DNA from: an uncultured Thermomicrobiales bacterium
GTDB taxonomy: Bacteria > Chloroflexota > Chloroflexia > Thermomicrobiales > UBA6265
Length of the DNA: 64,000 nucleotides
Assembly: GCA_902806405.1 (NCBI GenBank)
Contig: CADCWL010000001.1
Span: forward strand, 8,472-72,471
Direction: 5' to 3'
The position numbers and the translations under genes are program-made. The notes under the pieces are model-generated. The model was not told where the DNA came from. It made no database searches and saw nothing but the letters and a program-made list of their open reading frames with translations. Of this stretch, positions 1 to 9,769 are shown in pieces (position 1 is the first letter of the stretch; each line of letters opens with the position of its first letter).

Positions 1-304
1 CCTCGCCGGCCTCGTTGGTCGTCAGGGAGCGGCTGCCAACCGTGACACGGGCCCCCGGGACCGGCGCGCCCGTGAGCCGGTCGGAGACGACGAGGCGCGG
101 CGCCTCCGCCGTGGAGCGATGGACGAGGGTAGCGATGACGAGCGCGAGGGGGATCAGGAAGAGTGCCAGGCTCAGCGGCCACCCGGGAGCGCTCCAGGCC
201 GGGACCCGGACCTTCACGGGCAGTGCCACGCTCCGGCGGCGCCGGGGGGCGCTCGCCGAGCGCCCCCGCTCCCTGGACGACACGGTCGTCGGTGAGGGTC
301 GCAT
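1..304 (-). CDS. Partial CDS (first 101 codons; gene continues beyond the window start): membrane-anchored protein with a carboxypeptidase-regulatory-like beta-sandwich beginning
   Basis: Absent from the ORF track because it has no in-window stop. The ATG at 304 (minus) stays open to position 1. Arg-rich N-terminus, TM helix WPLSLALFLIPLALVIATLV, then VVSDRLTGAPVPGARVTVGSRSLTTNEAGE. GC3-rich codons. Confidence 0.4.
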   Translation of the reverse strand, partial: MRPSPTTVSSRERGRSASAPRRRRSVALPVKVRVPAWSAPGWPLSLALFLIPLALVIATLVHRSTAEAPRLVVSDRLTGAPVPGARVTVGSRSLTTNEAGE

Positions 305-538
305 CAGGAGACCTTGCCTCCGCAGCCGATCCCCGACCGGCCTCATCGGTGCCACCCGCCTGGGCGGCGCCCGTCCATTCCAGCCAGCCTTGGTCCCACG
401 GCGAACGGCCAGGGGATCGCGACCCCGTTCCCAAATCGAGTGTACCGGACCCAACCTTTGTCCGTTACCGTGAACGTTCGTGGGATTTGCGACGAACGAC
501 GAGTGTAGCATCCGGACATTCGAGGACCACGCCGGCGA

Positions 539-567
539 TTGACACCCCTTCGGGTGCCGCCCATACT
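539..567 (+). promoter_or_regulatory. Sigma70-like promoter for the polyprenyl synthase gene
   Basis: TTGACA (539-544), 17 nt spacer, CATACT (562-567), about 115 nt upstream of the ATG at 683. Confidence 0.4.
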
Positions 568-682
568 CCACCGGCGTGCGTTCCGTTTTTCACAATCCCG
601 AAGCGGGCCTCGCGAGCGGACCCGGCCGGCGACCGACAAGGTGCGGCACGTGAAGCTACGGACCCGAGACGTCTTCACCACG

Positions 683-1636
683 ATGCGCCCCGATCTCCAG
701 CGCGTCGAGGCCCGCGTTGAGGAAGCGGCGGACGTCGACTACCCGATCATCTCCACCCTCGTGCTCGATCTTGTTCGGGCCGGTGGCAAGCGGCTCCGGC
801 CGCTGATCCTCCTCCTCGCCGGCCGCGCGTACCGGTACGACCCGGACCCGCTGGTCACCGCCGCCGCCGGCGTCGAACTCCTCCACACGGCATCGTTGGT
901 CCACGACGACACGGTCGATCGGGCCGCACTGCGCCGCGGCAAGCCGACGCTAAACTCGGTGCTGAGCTCCGGGGCCGTGATCCTCGTCGGCGACTACCTT
1001 TTCGCGCAGTCGGCGATGCTCGCGGCCGCAACCGAGAGTCCCCGCGTCGTCGCCATCTTCGCCTCTACCCTCGCCGACATCTGCGACGGCCAACTCCGGG
1101 AGATGTTCGACGCCCACCGACTCGACCAGACCCGGGAGGAGTACGAGCGCCGAATCTACGGCAAGACCGCCTCACTCTTCGCCGGGGCGGCCGAGATGGG
1201 CGCCGTGCTCGGCGGGGCGACCGAGGCGGACGTCCAGTCCCTGCGCGCTTACGGCTCCGACCTCGGGATGGCGTTTCAAATCGTCGACGATGTGCTGGAC
1301 CTGAGGGAGGGGACGCAGCACCTCGGGAAGCCGGCCGGTCAGGATCTGCGGCAAGGGACGGTGACGCTTCCGACGATGCTCTTCGCCGCTCGGATCGTGC
1401 CCGACTCCCCGGAGGATGTGCGGCTGCGGGCGGTCGTCGGGGGCGACCTGGACGACCAGGCGGACATCGACCTCGTCGTCGCCGACGTGCGCCGCTCCGG
1501 AGCGCTCGACGACGCGCTCGCCGCCGCCGATGCCTTCGCCGAGCGGGCGAAGAGTCACCTGGAGGCTGTTCCCGACCCCGAGACGCGCGGCCTCCTGGAG
1601 GAGATCGCCGACCTGGTCATCGACCGCACCGCGTAG
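683..1636 (+). CDS. Long-chain all-trans polyprenyl diphosphate synthase (hepta/octa/nonaprenyl type)
   Basis: Both Asp-rich motifs are present: LVHDDTVDRAALRRGKPT and FQIVDDVLD. The internal ATG at 683 was chosen because the upstream part of ORF 539-1636 is Arg/Pro-rich and overlaps the promoter boxes. Confidence 0.9.
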   Translation: MRPDLQRVEARVEEAADVDYPIISTLVLDLVRAGGKRLRPLILLLAGRAYRYDPDPLVTAAAGVELLHTASLVHDDTVDRAALRRGKPTLNSVLSSGAVILVGDYLFAQSAMLAAATESPRVVAIFASTLADICDGQLREMFDAHRLDQTREEYERRIYGKTASLFAGAAEMGAVLGGATEADVQSLRAYGSDLGMAFQIVDDVLDLREGTQHLGKPAGQDLRQGTVTLPTMLFAARIVPDSPEDVRLRAVVGGDLDDQADIDLVVADVRRSGALDDALAAADAFAERAKSHLEAVPDPETRGLLEEIADLVIDRTA

Positions 1637-1661
1637 GCGCTTCCAGGTAAGGCGTCTTCGC

Positions 1662-2249
1662 CTACATCGCGACCAGGCTCGTCTCGTACATCCGCTGAAA
1701 TATCCTGCCCCAGCAGGCCCGACTTGGGTCGACGATCTCGAAGTTCGCCTCCAGCTGCTTGGGCATATCAGGGGTGAGGAGGATCGTCGCCAGGCGCTGC
1801 TCGTGCCGACCCGCGATGGTACGGTCGAGCAGTTCGGCCTCGTGCCGATGCGCCGGTCTCAGGCCTACCAGGACGAGGAGGTCGGTGCTCACCATCCGCG
1901 TCCAGGTGTTGTAGGTGACGCGGGTGGCGAGCTCGAACTCCCGCTTGGCGTCACCATCGCCGGCGGCGCGGGGCGCCAGCTGCGGCAGGCCGACCTCATT
2001 GATGTAGGCGCTCAACGCGAAGTCCCGCCACGGCAGCACGTAGTGGGCAATCGGCGGACTGGTCTCCGCCAGGCGGTGCTGGATGAAGGACGAGATCCGG
2101 CCCGAGCGCACACCACCTGCGTTGAAGATGAACCATCCCTGCCCCTGCCGAAGCCGGTGGTCAACCCCGTCGAAGTAGAGGCTCAGGCGCTGCAGAAGGT
2201 CCCGGTCCTGCACCGGAGCTTGCTCGATCGAATCGTTGGTCTCGGCCAT
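1662..2249 (-). CDS. DnaC/IstB-like AAA+ fold protein with degenerate Walker A and B (hypothetical)
   Basis: ATG at 2249 preceded by GGGGAGG. Collinear with helicase-loader ATPases: GWFIFNAGGVRSGRIS at the P-loop position, DLLVLVGL at the Walker B position, then ATILLTPDMP and RIFQRMYE. Confidence 0.6.
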   Translation of the reverse strand: MAETNDSIEQAPVQDRDLLQRLSLYFDGVDHRLRQGQGWFIFNAGGVRSGRISSFIQHRLAETSPPIAHYVLPWRDFALSAYINEVGLPQLAPRAAGDGDAKREFELATRVTYNTWTRMVSTDLLVLVGLRPAHRHEAELLDRTIAGRHEQRLATILLTPDMPKQLEANFEIVDPSRACWGRIFQRMYETSLVAM

Positions 2250-2384
2250 CGATGACCTCCCCACACGGGCGAGTCTAACGAGCGGGGGCGGGCGTGCCGT
2301 ATTGGATAGCACATCGCGTTCCCGAGGGGAAGCAGCCAAGCAGCGACCGACCCGCCGATGCCTCCCCTGGGATACCGCCCGGTC

Positions 2385-3320
2385 TCACAGAGACCCTTTC
2401 GTCGATCCTGACAACGAAAGGGTCTCTGTGAAAAGCTGCAGGAAGCGCTCAGCGTCGACCCCGTGCGCGACCCGAACGGAACCGGCACCGCTCGCCCGCG
2501 TCGCACCCTCCTCCGTCCCCTCGCGGAGGACCTCGACGGCCGTCTCTTCAACCAAGAGCAGCGAGGGGGCGAGCGCCGCCGCCACGGCAAGGGGATCGTG
2601 CAAATAGACGCTGGCAAGACCCCGCTCGACGAACGCCTGCCGGCAAACCTCCGCGACCAATCTCGCCGTCGGGTGGGCCGTCCCCATGCTCCCCGCTGCT
2701 TCCCAGACGCTGCGCGGCAGCGCCGTCTCTTGGGTTACGTCGAGTCCGACCACGGTCAGTCGGGTGAAAGCGGTCGACAGGACCTGAGCGGCCGCGTCCG
2801 GATCAGCGAAGATGTTGAACTCGGCATGGGGCGTCACGTTACCGGGCACGTTGAACGCTCCACCCATCACGACCAGCTCGCGCAGCAGGGTGGGCAGGGC
2901 CGGCTCCACGTTGAGGGCGATCGCGAGATTGGTGAGCGGACCGACGCAGACCAGCGTCAACTCGCCCGGTCGTGCGGAGGCGAGCCGGACGATGGCCGCC
3001 GGACCCCTATCCGCCCCGACACCGCGCCGGCTTGACGGCAGTTTTGCGCCCCCCAGGCCATCAACGTCGTGGAAGTAGGCGGCATCGCGCGGGGCGCGGG
3101 CAAGCGGGCGACTGGCGCCGCGATGGACCGGGACGTCTGTGGCCCCAAGCCAATCGAGGACCGCCAGCGTATTCGCCGTCGTCCGCTCGACGCCGACGTT
3201 GCCGGCCAAGGTGGTCACCGCGATCAACTCGGCGGCGGGTGTGTGGACCGCCAGCGCGAGTGCCAGGGCGTCGTCGATCCCAGTATCGACGTCGAGGATC
3301 AGCGGGATGCGGTCGATCAA
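2385..3320 (-). CDS. Nucleoside hydrolase (inosine/uridine-preferring, IUNH family)
   Basis: N-terminal DxDxxxDD signature LILDVDTGIDDALALALA. The TTG start overlaps the stop of the upstream TPP-enzyme gene (TTGA). Confidence 0.88.
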   Translation of the reverse strand: MIDRIPLILDVDTGIDDALALALAVHTPAAELIAVTTLAGNVGVERTTANTLAVLDWLGATDVPVHRGASRPLARAPRDAAYFHDVDGLGGAKLPSSRRGVGADRGPAAIVRLASARPGELTLVCVGPLTNLAIALNVEPALPTLLRELVVMGGAFNVPGNVTPHAEFNIFADPDAAAQVLSTAFTRLTVVGLDVTQETALPRSVWEAAGSMGTAHPTARLVAEVCRQAFVERGLASVYLHDPLAVAAALAPSLLLVEETAVEVLREGTEEGATRASGAGSVRVAHGVDAERFLQLFTETLSLSGSTKGSL

Positions 3321-5065
3321 CGAGGCATCTCCGCGGTTCCCGCGCCCAGCAACTCCGGCTGCCGCCGCTCCGCCTCGGCGCTCTGCCAGGCGGCCACGGG
3401 CGGGGTCTCGGTCAACGGCGATTCGGTAGCGACGTCGAGGAAGTACGGCCCTCCATCGGCAAACGCTTCCGCTACTGCCCGGCGCAGCTCAGTCGGATCA
3501 TCGACCCTTCGCGAGCGGAAGCCGAAACCGCGGGCGATGGCGGCATAGTCGACCGGATCGAAGTCGACGCCGAAGAAGCGGTCACCGTGGTAGAGGTGCT
3601 GTAGCTGCTTGATCCAACCGAAGGCGCCGTTGGCGCACTGGACGATCACGATCGGCAGGTTGTACCGGCTGATCGTCTCCAACTCCCCGACCGACATCCC
3701 GAAGCTGCCGTCGCCGGTGACGCCGACGATCCGCCGCCCGGGATCGGCGAAGGCGGCCCCGACAACGCCGGGGATCGCGTAGCCGAGACCGCCGTGGGCG
3801 CGGGGGATGACCGTGGTCCGACCCGCCCGCCGCAGTTCGTACTGCGCGGCGAGAAAGGGGGTCGGCGTCCCCGGATCGGCGACGATGACCGCCTCGTCGT
3901 CCAGCCCCTCCCGCAGGGCCCGGATCAGGTGGGCCGGCTTGATCGGGCTCCCCATCACCGCGGCTTGACGATCGATCTCCGCCCAGTACCGGTCCCGCTC
4001 GGCGAGGAGGCCGTCGATCCGACTACGATTTCGCCCCGCTACCCGATCCGGTCGATCAATCGCGGCAAGCAAATCGGCGAGCGTGAGCTTGGCGTCGCCG
4101 AGGAGTCCGACGGCGAGCGGGTAGTTGTTGCCGATCTCGAGCGGCTCGACGTCGATCTGGATGATCGCCGGGCCGCCGTCCCGCCCGGGGAGCGTCCAGT
4201 TGCAGGTCGTCGTCGAGTCGGTCCGGGTCCCGACGAAGAGGACGAGATCGGCGCCGAGGACGCAGTCGTTTGCGTAGCCCCGGGCACCGTTGCCGCCGAC
4301 TACCCCGACCGCGACCCGGCTCGTCTCCGCGATCGCCCCCTTGCCGTTGATCGAGGTCGCGACCGGGACGTTCAGTGCCTCCGCCAGCCTCGTCAACTCT
4401 TTCCACGCACCCGAGATGAGAACGCCGCCTCCGGCGACGATAACCGGGCGCGCGGCCGTTCTGAGGGCGTCCGCGGCGGCCTGCACGGCACCAGGTTCGG
4501 CTCGACCGCGGAGAGCGGGCGCGCGCCCGAACTGAGGGTCGCCGTACGCCGACGAGTCGGGCGTCTCGCCAGCCAAAACGTCGCTGGGAAGCGACAGGTG
4601 GGCCGCCCCCGGCCGACCAGTCGTCGCCATCCGGATCGCCCGCCGCGTGGCCTCCGCAAGCGTGACCGACGACGCCACCCGACCGTTCCACTTCGTGACC
4701 GGCCGGAAGAGTCCCTCCTGGTCGAGCTCGGTCAAAACCCCCCGACCCTGCTGACCGACCGGGGTGTCCGATGTCAGGCACAGAAGCGGGATCGCCGAAC
4801 CCTGCGCCTCGGCGACGCCCGGCACGCTGTAGGTCGCGCCGCCGCCGCTGGGCCCCTCGCAGATGCCGAGTCGTCCGCTCACGCGGGCATAGACGTCGGC
4901 CATGAACGACGCCGAGCGCTCGTCCCGCGCCATAACGTGCCCGATCCGGTCGCCGACATCGCGGAGGGCATCGTAGAAGAGCATCCCCGTGTCGCCCGGC
5001 ACGCCGAAGATCCGCTCCACTCCGGACTCGGCCAGCACCCGCACCAGCGCCCGCGCCCCCTGCAT
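3317..5065 (-). CDS. Thiamine-diphosphate-dependent enzyme, acetolactate synthase/sulfoacetaldehyde acetyltransferase-like
   Basis: N-terminal TPP-Pyr region FGVPGDTG...ARDERSASFMADVYAR and the C-terminal GDGSFGM TPP-binding motif. ATG at 5065 with GGAG about 11 nt upstream. Confidence 0.85.
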   Translation of the reverse strand: MQGARALVRVLAESGVERIFGVPGDTGMLFYDALRDVGDRIGHVMARDERSASFMADVYARVSGRLGICEGPSGGGATYSVPGVAEAQGSAIPLLCLTSDTPVGQQGRGVLTELDQEGLFRPVTKWNGRVASSVTLAEATRRAIRMATTGRPGAAHLSLPSDVLAGETPDSSAYGDPQFGRAPALRGRAEPGAVQAAADALRTAARPVIVAGGGVLISGAWKELTRLAEALNVPVATSINGKGAIAETSRVAVGVVGGNGARGYANDCVLGADLVLFVGTRTDSTTTCNWTLPGRDGGPAIIQIDVEPLEIGNNYPLAVGLLGDAKLTLADLLAAIDRPDRVAGRNRSRIDGLLAERDRYWAEIDRQAAVMGSPIKPAHLIRALREGLDDEAVIVADPGTPTPFLAAQYELRRAGRTTVIPRAHGGLGYAIPGVVGAAFADPGRRIVGVTGDGSFGMSVGELETISRYNLPIVIVQCANGAFGWIKQLQHLYHGDRFFGVDFDPVDYAAIARGFGFRSRRVDDPTELRRAVAEAFADGGPYFLDVATESPLTETPPVAAWQSAEAERRQPELLGAGTAEMPR

Positions 5066-5175
5066 CCTGGCCCCCACTCCGCTCCCGCTGCGTGCCCCGC
5101 GGTGTGACTATACCAGCGGTCGATCCGCGGTCTTTCGGCACGGTCGGCTCGACCGGAGAGATGCCGCGGCAGGCT

Positions 5176-6495
5176 TCAGCGTGAGGCGAGGGGTACCCGG
5201 ACCGCGACGTAGAGATCGTTCACGTTCGTCCCCGTCGGACCCGGCCGCACGAGGCCGCCGGCGGCCTCGAAGACGCGCAGGCTGTCGTTGCGAACGAGGG
5301 CGTCGGCCGCGCTCACCCCCGCTGCGCGTGCCCGCTCGACGGTTGTCGCGTCGGCCACCGCGCCGGCAACGTCAGTCGGGCCGTCCTGGCCGTCGGTGGC
5401 GAGACTGGCGACAACCCATGCCCGTTCGCCGCGCTCGGCCAGCGCTAGCGCGGCCGCGAGCGCAAACTCGGTGTTTCGACCGCCAACCCCGTCGCCCGCG
5501 ACCGTGACGGTCGCCTCCCCACCGCCAAGCAGGACATCGACCTCCGGCGCCGCCGCCTCGCAGGCGGCGACCCACTCCCGCGCGAGCAACGACGCCTCCC
5601 CGCGCCGCTCCGACCAAATGACCCGCGATCGGAGACCGTCGCGGCGGACAGCGGCGTCGGCTGCCGCCACGGCCGCGGCGTTGTCGCCGACGACCACGAC
5701 GACGTCCTGGCTGATCAACGCCGTCGCTCCACCGCTGTCCCGTGTTTCCGCCTCCAATGCTCGAATGATCGTGCCGGGGACACGGTCGAGCACGCCGTAG
5801 CGCCGGAGAACGCCGAGTCCGGCGGTCGCGTCGGCGTCTCCGGGAACGGTGGGTCCGCTGGCGATCACCCGGGGATCGTTGCCCAGGACGTCGGAGAGCA
5901 CGAGGGTGATCACGGTGGCGGGGCCGGCAGCGAGCCGTAGGCCGCCGCCTTTGATCAGGCTTAAAGGGGTCCGGAGGGCGTTGAGATCGTGGATCGGCGC
6001 GCCCGCTCGGAGCAGCCGATCGGTCGCGGTGGCGAGATCCGGAAGGGTCACCGGCGGCCGGGGGGCTTCCAGCAACGACGAGCCGCCACCGGAGATGAGG
6101 GCGAGGAGCAGGTCACCGGCCCCAAGCCCCGCGACCAGGGAGAGCGCGGCCTGCCCTGCTTCCACGCTCCGTGCGTCCGGGACCGGATGGGCCGCCTCCA
6201 AAACCGGCATCGATCCGATGCGGGACACGTCCGCGTGGCCGTCCTTGGTGACGATCAGCCCAGCGTCGACACGCCCGCCCAAGGCTTCATCCGCCCCTCG
6301 CGCCATGGCGACCGCGGCCTTGCCCACGGAGAGGACGACCACTCGTCCCGTCATGGGAGCGTGCCACCGGCCAACGGTCAGCGCGTCGCCATTCCGCTGC
6401 AGATTGCGCCGTATCGCCGCCGCCGGCTCCACGGCCGCGAGCGCGTCCCCGAGCCATGACTCGATCCGGATGTGGGCCTCTCCCCGGGCATCCAC
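5176..6495 (-). CDS. Glycerate 2-kinase / hydroxypyruvate reductase-like protein (DUF4147 + MOFRL)
   Basis: VVLSVGKAAVAMA near the N-terminus and LLGGGEATVTVAGDGVGGRNTEFALAAAL in the MOFRL part. The GTG start lies 3 nt after the rluD stop. Confidence 0.85.
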   Translation of the reverse strand: MDARGEAHIRIESWLGDALAAVEPAAAIRRNLQRNGDALTVGRWHAPMTGRVVVLSVGKAAVAMARGADEALGGRVDAGLIVTKDGHADVSRIGSMPVLEAAHPVPDARSVEAGQAALSLVAGLGAGDLLLALISGGGSSLLEAPRPPVTLPDLATATDRLLRAGAPIHDLNALRTPLSLIKGGGLRLAAGPATVITLVLSDVLGNDPRVIASGPTVPGDADATAGLGVLRRYGVLDRVPGTIIRALEAETRDSGGATALISQDVVVVVGDNAAAVAAADAAVRRDGLRSRVIWSERRGEASLLAREWVAACEAAAPEVDVLLGGGEATVTVAGDGVGGRNTEFALAAALALAERGERAWVVASLATDGQDGPTDVAGAVADATTVERARAAGVSAADALVRNDSLRVFEAAGGLVRPGPTGTNVNDLYVAVRVPLASR

Positions 6496-6498
6496 CGC

Positions 6499-7476
6499 TC
6501 ATCCGTCCGCGATCTGGCGGCCGGAAGGTGCCTCACCGTCGCCCAAGCCGTCGAGGACGACGCGGAGGTCGTCGGGAAGCGCAGACTCGAAGGCCACCGC
6601 GCGTCCGTCGGGGAGACGGAAGCCGAGGCGGGCCGCGTGGAGGAACTGGCGCCGCAAATCCGGGGCAGCACCGCCCGCCGTCCGCCCGTAGACCCGGTCA
6701 CCGACGACGGGGTGCCCGATGAAGGCGAGGTGGACGCGAATCTGGTGGGTGCGACCGGTCTCGATCTCGACGTCGAGCAATGTCGATCGCGCGTAGCGGC
6801 GCCGTACCGCGAAGTGGCTGATGGCGGACCGGCCGCGCGGCAGAGCGGTCATCCGCTGCCGCTGGGACGGATCACGCCCGATCGGGACGTCCACCGTCCC
6901 ATCGTCCGGCCCGACGAGCCCGTCAACCAGCGCGACGTAGCCCTTGCCGACCGTCCGCTCCGCCCACTGGGCGACGAGACTGTTCCGCGCCCGGTCCGTC
7001 TTGGCGACCACCATGAGGCCCGACGTCTCCTTGTCGAGTCGGTGCACGATCCCCGGCCGGTTGCTGCCGCCGACAGAGATGCTCGGTGCGTGGTGGAGGA
7101 GCGCGTTGACGAGGGTGCCGCTCGGATGCCCGGGGGCGGGGTGGACGACGAGACCGGCCGGTTTCTCGAGGACGATCACGTCGTCGTCCTCGTACACGAT
7201 CGCGAGCGGGATTGCCTCCGGCTCGATGCGGTCGACCGTCGGCGGCGGCAGGACGACGGTGACCACCTCTCCCGGCGTCATCTTGAAGGTCGACCGGCGG
7301 ACGACGCCGTCCACGCGCACGTTCCCGGCTTCGATCAACCCCTGGACGTAGGTTCGGCTCAGCTCGGGCAGAGAGGCGGCGACAAATCGGTCGAGTCGCT
7401 GGTTCGTCTGCTCCCTGGTGGGTCGCAGTTCGACGCCGCCTTCTCCGACTGGGTCGACCTCCTCGTCGCCGTCCAT
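6499..7476 (-). CDS. rluD: 23S rRNA pseudouridine synthase, RluA/RluD family
   Basis: S4-like N-terminus (QRLDRFVAASLPELSR) and catalytic motif HRLDKETSGLMVVAK. Confidence 0.9.
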   Translation of the reverse strand: MDGDEEVDPVGEGGVELRPTREQTNQRLDRFVAASLPELSRTYVQGLIEAGNVRVDGVVRRSTFKMTPGEVVTVVLPPPTVDRIEPEAIPLAIVYEDDDVIVLEKPAGLVVHPAPGHPSGTLVNALLHHAPSISVGGSNRPGIVHRLDKETSGLMVVAKTDRARNSLVAQWAERTVGKGYVALVDGLVGPDDGTVDVPIGRDPSQRQRMTALPRGRSAISHFAVRRRYARSTLLDVEIETGRTHQIRVHLAFIGHPVVGDRVYGRTAGGAAPDLRRQFLHAARLGFRLPDGRAVAFESALPDDLRVVLDGLGDGEAPSGRQIADG

Positions 7477-7486
7477 CGTGCCCGCC

Positions 7487-8083
7487 CTACGCCCCGGTAT
7501 CGCGAACCGGCGTGTCCGCCCCCGTTTCCCGACGTGCCCCGGATTGAGGAGGCCGCGGTGGATCGGCGACGAGCATCAGCACCGTCAAGGAAACGACACC
7601 GACCGTGATAGCGCTGTCCGCCAGGTTGAAGTTCGGCCATGGGCCGATGGCCACGAAATCGACGACGTACCCGAGCCGGACCCGATCGACGAGGTTCCCG
7701 AGCGCTCCCCCAACGATCAATCCGACCGCGCCGACGAGCCATCGGGAGGGGGCACGCTGCCGCCAGTAGAACGCGGCGAGTCCGACGAGCACGGCCACCG
7801 CCATCACCGCCAGCAGGACATTCTGGCCGCCAAGCAGGCCGAAGGCCGCCCCCCGGTTCTCGGCGTACTCGATAGCGACCGCCGAGCCGATCAACGCCAC
7901 GTCCCGGTCGGCATGCCCGGGACCGAGCGTCGTGAGCACGATCGCTTTCGACGCCTGATCGAGAACGACCACGCCGCTCGCAACGATTGCCGGCGGCCCG
8001 ATCGGACCGTGTCGCTTCTCGGCGGGGGGACGAATCAGCGACCGGCGCGGAGCGCGTTCTCGCGCTCGAGGATGGTCTGGCAA
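7487..8083 (-). CDS. lspA: Lipoprotein signal peptidase (signal peptidase II)
   Basis: Motifs AENRGAAFGLL and VDFVAIGPWPNFNLADSAI. The start is uncertain: the TTG at 8083 overlaps the upstream gene by 49 nt. Confidence 0.85.
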   Translation of the reverse strand: MPDHPRARERAPRRSLIRPPAEKRHGPIGPPAIVASGVVVLDQASKAIVLTTLGPGHADRDVALIGSAVAIEYAENRGAAFGLLGGQNVLLAVMAVAVLVGLAAFYWRQRAPSRWLVGAVGLIVGGALGNLVDRVRLGYVVDFVAIGPWPNFNLADSAITVGVVSLTVLMLVADPPRPPQSGARRETGADTPVRDTGA

Positions 8084-8424
8084 TCGATGTCGTAGGCAAC
8101 GTACGGGAACGCCTCGAGGCGCTCGGGGTTGATCGGTTTGCCGCAGCGCTGGCAGGCGCCGTAGGTGCCATCGTCCAACCTGCCGATGGCACCCTCAATC
8201 TGCGCCAGGACCTCCCGCAGGTCGTCGCCTATCGTGCTCAGCCGCTCCGCCTCGGTGACATTGGTGCCGTCCTCAGCGAAGTGGTTGCCGAGGCTTCCCT
8301 TTTCGTCCCCCTGATCCTGGCCGATCGAGCGGATTTCGTCCCCCATCCGATCGACCTCTGCCTGTATCTCCGTCTGCCGCTGCTCAAGCGCCCGACGCAG
8401 TTCGCTGATCTTGGTGGCTTCCAT
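8035..8424 (-). CDS. DksA/TraR-family zinc-finger protein
   Basis: Coiled-coil N-terminal half, then a C-terminal CQRCGKPINPERLEAFPYVAYDIDC finger. ATG at 8424 preceded by GAGGTG. The long upstream extension of ORF 8035-8883 is Arg/Pro/Gly junk. Confidence 0.8.
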   Translation of the reverse strand: MEATKISELRRALEQRQTEIQAEVDRMGDEIRSIGQDQGDEKGSLGNHFAEDGTNVTEAERLSTIGDDLREVLAQIEGAIGRLDDGTYGACQRCGKPINPERLEAFPYVAYDIDCQTILERENALRAGR

Positions 8425-8615
8425 ATGTCCCCGTTCACCTCGGTCGGTACGATACCGTTGCCGCCCGGTGCCCTGTGTCGGCCACGACGAGGCGGCGACC
8501 CCGGCCCGACTCCGGGCAGGGCGGATGGTAGCACAGCCCTTCCGGCGCCCGTCGTCGGTGGGGGGACGGGGACGACCTATACTGGCGGCAGGTTCGACGT
8601 CGACTGGGGAGGCGC

Positions 8616-9746
8616 ATGAACGATCGGCCGCTCCGCCTGGTGATCGCCGGGGGTGGCACGGGCGGGCACGTCCTCCCTGCCGTCGCCGTCGTCGACGAGC
8701 TCCGCCGGCGCGGCGCCCTGGGTGAGACGCTCTGGATCGGCAGCCACGACGGCGTCGAAGGGGACGCCGCGGCGAGGGCCGGTATCCCCTTCCGAGCCAT
8801 CCCCACCGGCAAGCTCCGCCGCTACCTCTCGACGCGAACCGCCGTCGATGCGCTCCGCGTCCCGGCCGGGATCGCCCACGCATGGCGCCTCCTGCGCCGG
8901 TTTCGCCCGACGGTCGTCTTCAGCAGCGGCGGATTCGTGAGTGTGCCCACGGTCGTCGCCGCCGCCTGTGCGGCCCCGATCCTCGCCCACGAGCAGACGG
9001 CGATCGTCGGCCTCGCGAACCGCATCAACGCCCGCTTCGCGGATGTGCTGGCCGTCTCCTGGGAGGGGACGCGGGCCGAGGCCGAGCGCCTGCACCGGCG
9101 GGTTGTCGTCACCGGTAACCCGGTCCGGGGGTCGCTGCGCGACGGCGACGCAGCCCTCGGCTTGGAACGCTACGGATTCTCGCCCGGCGTGCCGCTTCTC
9201 TACGCGACGGGGGGTGCCCGCGGCGCAAGCCCCCTCAACCGTCGCCTCGCGGGCCTCCTCCCCGACCTCCTCCGGACCTGCCAGGTGTTGCACCAAACCG
9301 GTCCCGCCCTCGCGAACGACGACGCGGCCGAGATGGCCCGTGCCCGCGACACGTGGCCGGACGATCTCCGCCCCCGCTACCGCGTCGTCGAGTACGTCCG
9401 GGACGAGCTGCCCGACGTCTACGCGGCGGCGACCCTCGTCCTCGGACGGGCGGGCGCCGGGACCGTCGCCGAGCTCGCCGTCCTGGGCAAGCCCGCCATC
9501 CTCGTTCCGTTGCCCGGTGCGGGCGGGGACGAGCAGACGCGGAACGGTCGCCTTCTCGGCGACGTTGGCGGTGCGGTCGTGATCCCGGAGCGGGAGGCGA
9601 CGCCGGCACGCCTCGGCGCCGAGCTTCGCGCTTTGCTCGCGGACGCGCCCCGGTTGCGGGCGATGGGAGAGGCGGCGCGGACGATCGGTCGCCCCGGTGC
9701 GGCCGCCGGGATCGTCGATGAGCTCCTCGCCCTCGCCCGCCGGTAG
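8616..9746 (+). CDS. murG: Lipid II synthase MurG (UDP-GlcNAc:lipid I GlcNAc transferase)
   Basis: VIAGGGTGGHVLPAVAV N-terminal motif and GT28 architecture. GGGGAGG lies before the ATG. The gene sits outside any dcw cluster. Confidence 0.9.
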   Translation: MNDRPLRLVIAGGGTGGHVLPAVAVVDELRRRGALGETLWIGSHDGVEGDAAARAGIPFRAIPTGKLRRYLSTRTAVDALRVPAGIAHAWRLLRRFRPTVVFSSGGFVSVPTVVAAACAAPILAHEQTAIVGLANRINARFADVLAVSWEGTRAEAERLHRRVVVTGNPVRGSLRDGDAALGLERYGFSPGVPLLYATGGARGASPLNRRLAGLLPDLLRTCQVLHQTGPALANDDAAEMARARDTWPDDLRPRYRVVEYVRDELPDVYAAATLVLGRAGAGTVAELAVLGKPAILVPLPGAGGDEQTRNGRLLGDVGGAVVIPEREATPARLGAELRALLADAPRLRAMGEAARTIGRPGAAAGIVDELLALARR

Positions 9747-9769
9747 ACCGGGCGACGGTCAGCGGCGGG

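Noticed and set aside
15-720. Several overlapping plus-strand ORFs at the left edge (15-473, 163-720, 314-508)
   Set aside because: They are Arg/Pro-rich with no start signals. The region is better explained by a minus-strand partial gene (1-304) plus a divergent promoter region.
8425-8883. N-terminal 153-codon extension of the DksA-like ORF
   Set aside because: The extension is pure R/G/P low complexity and runs across the divergent murG promoter region. An internal ATG with an SD gives a normal-sized DksA/TraR protein. A similar extension on the response regulator ORF, up to 38586, was rejected for the same reason.
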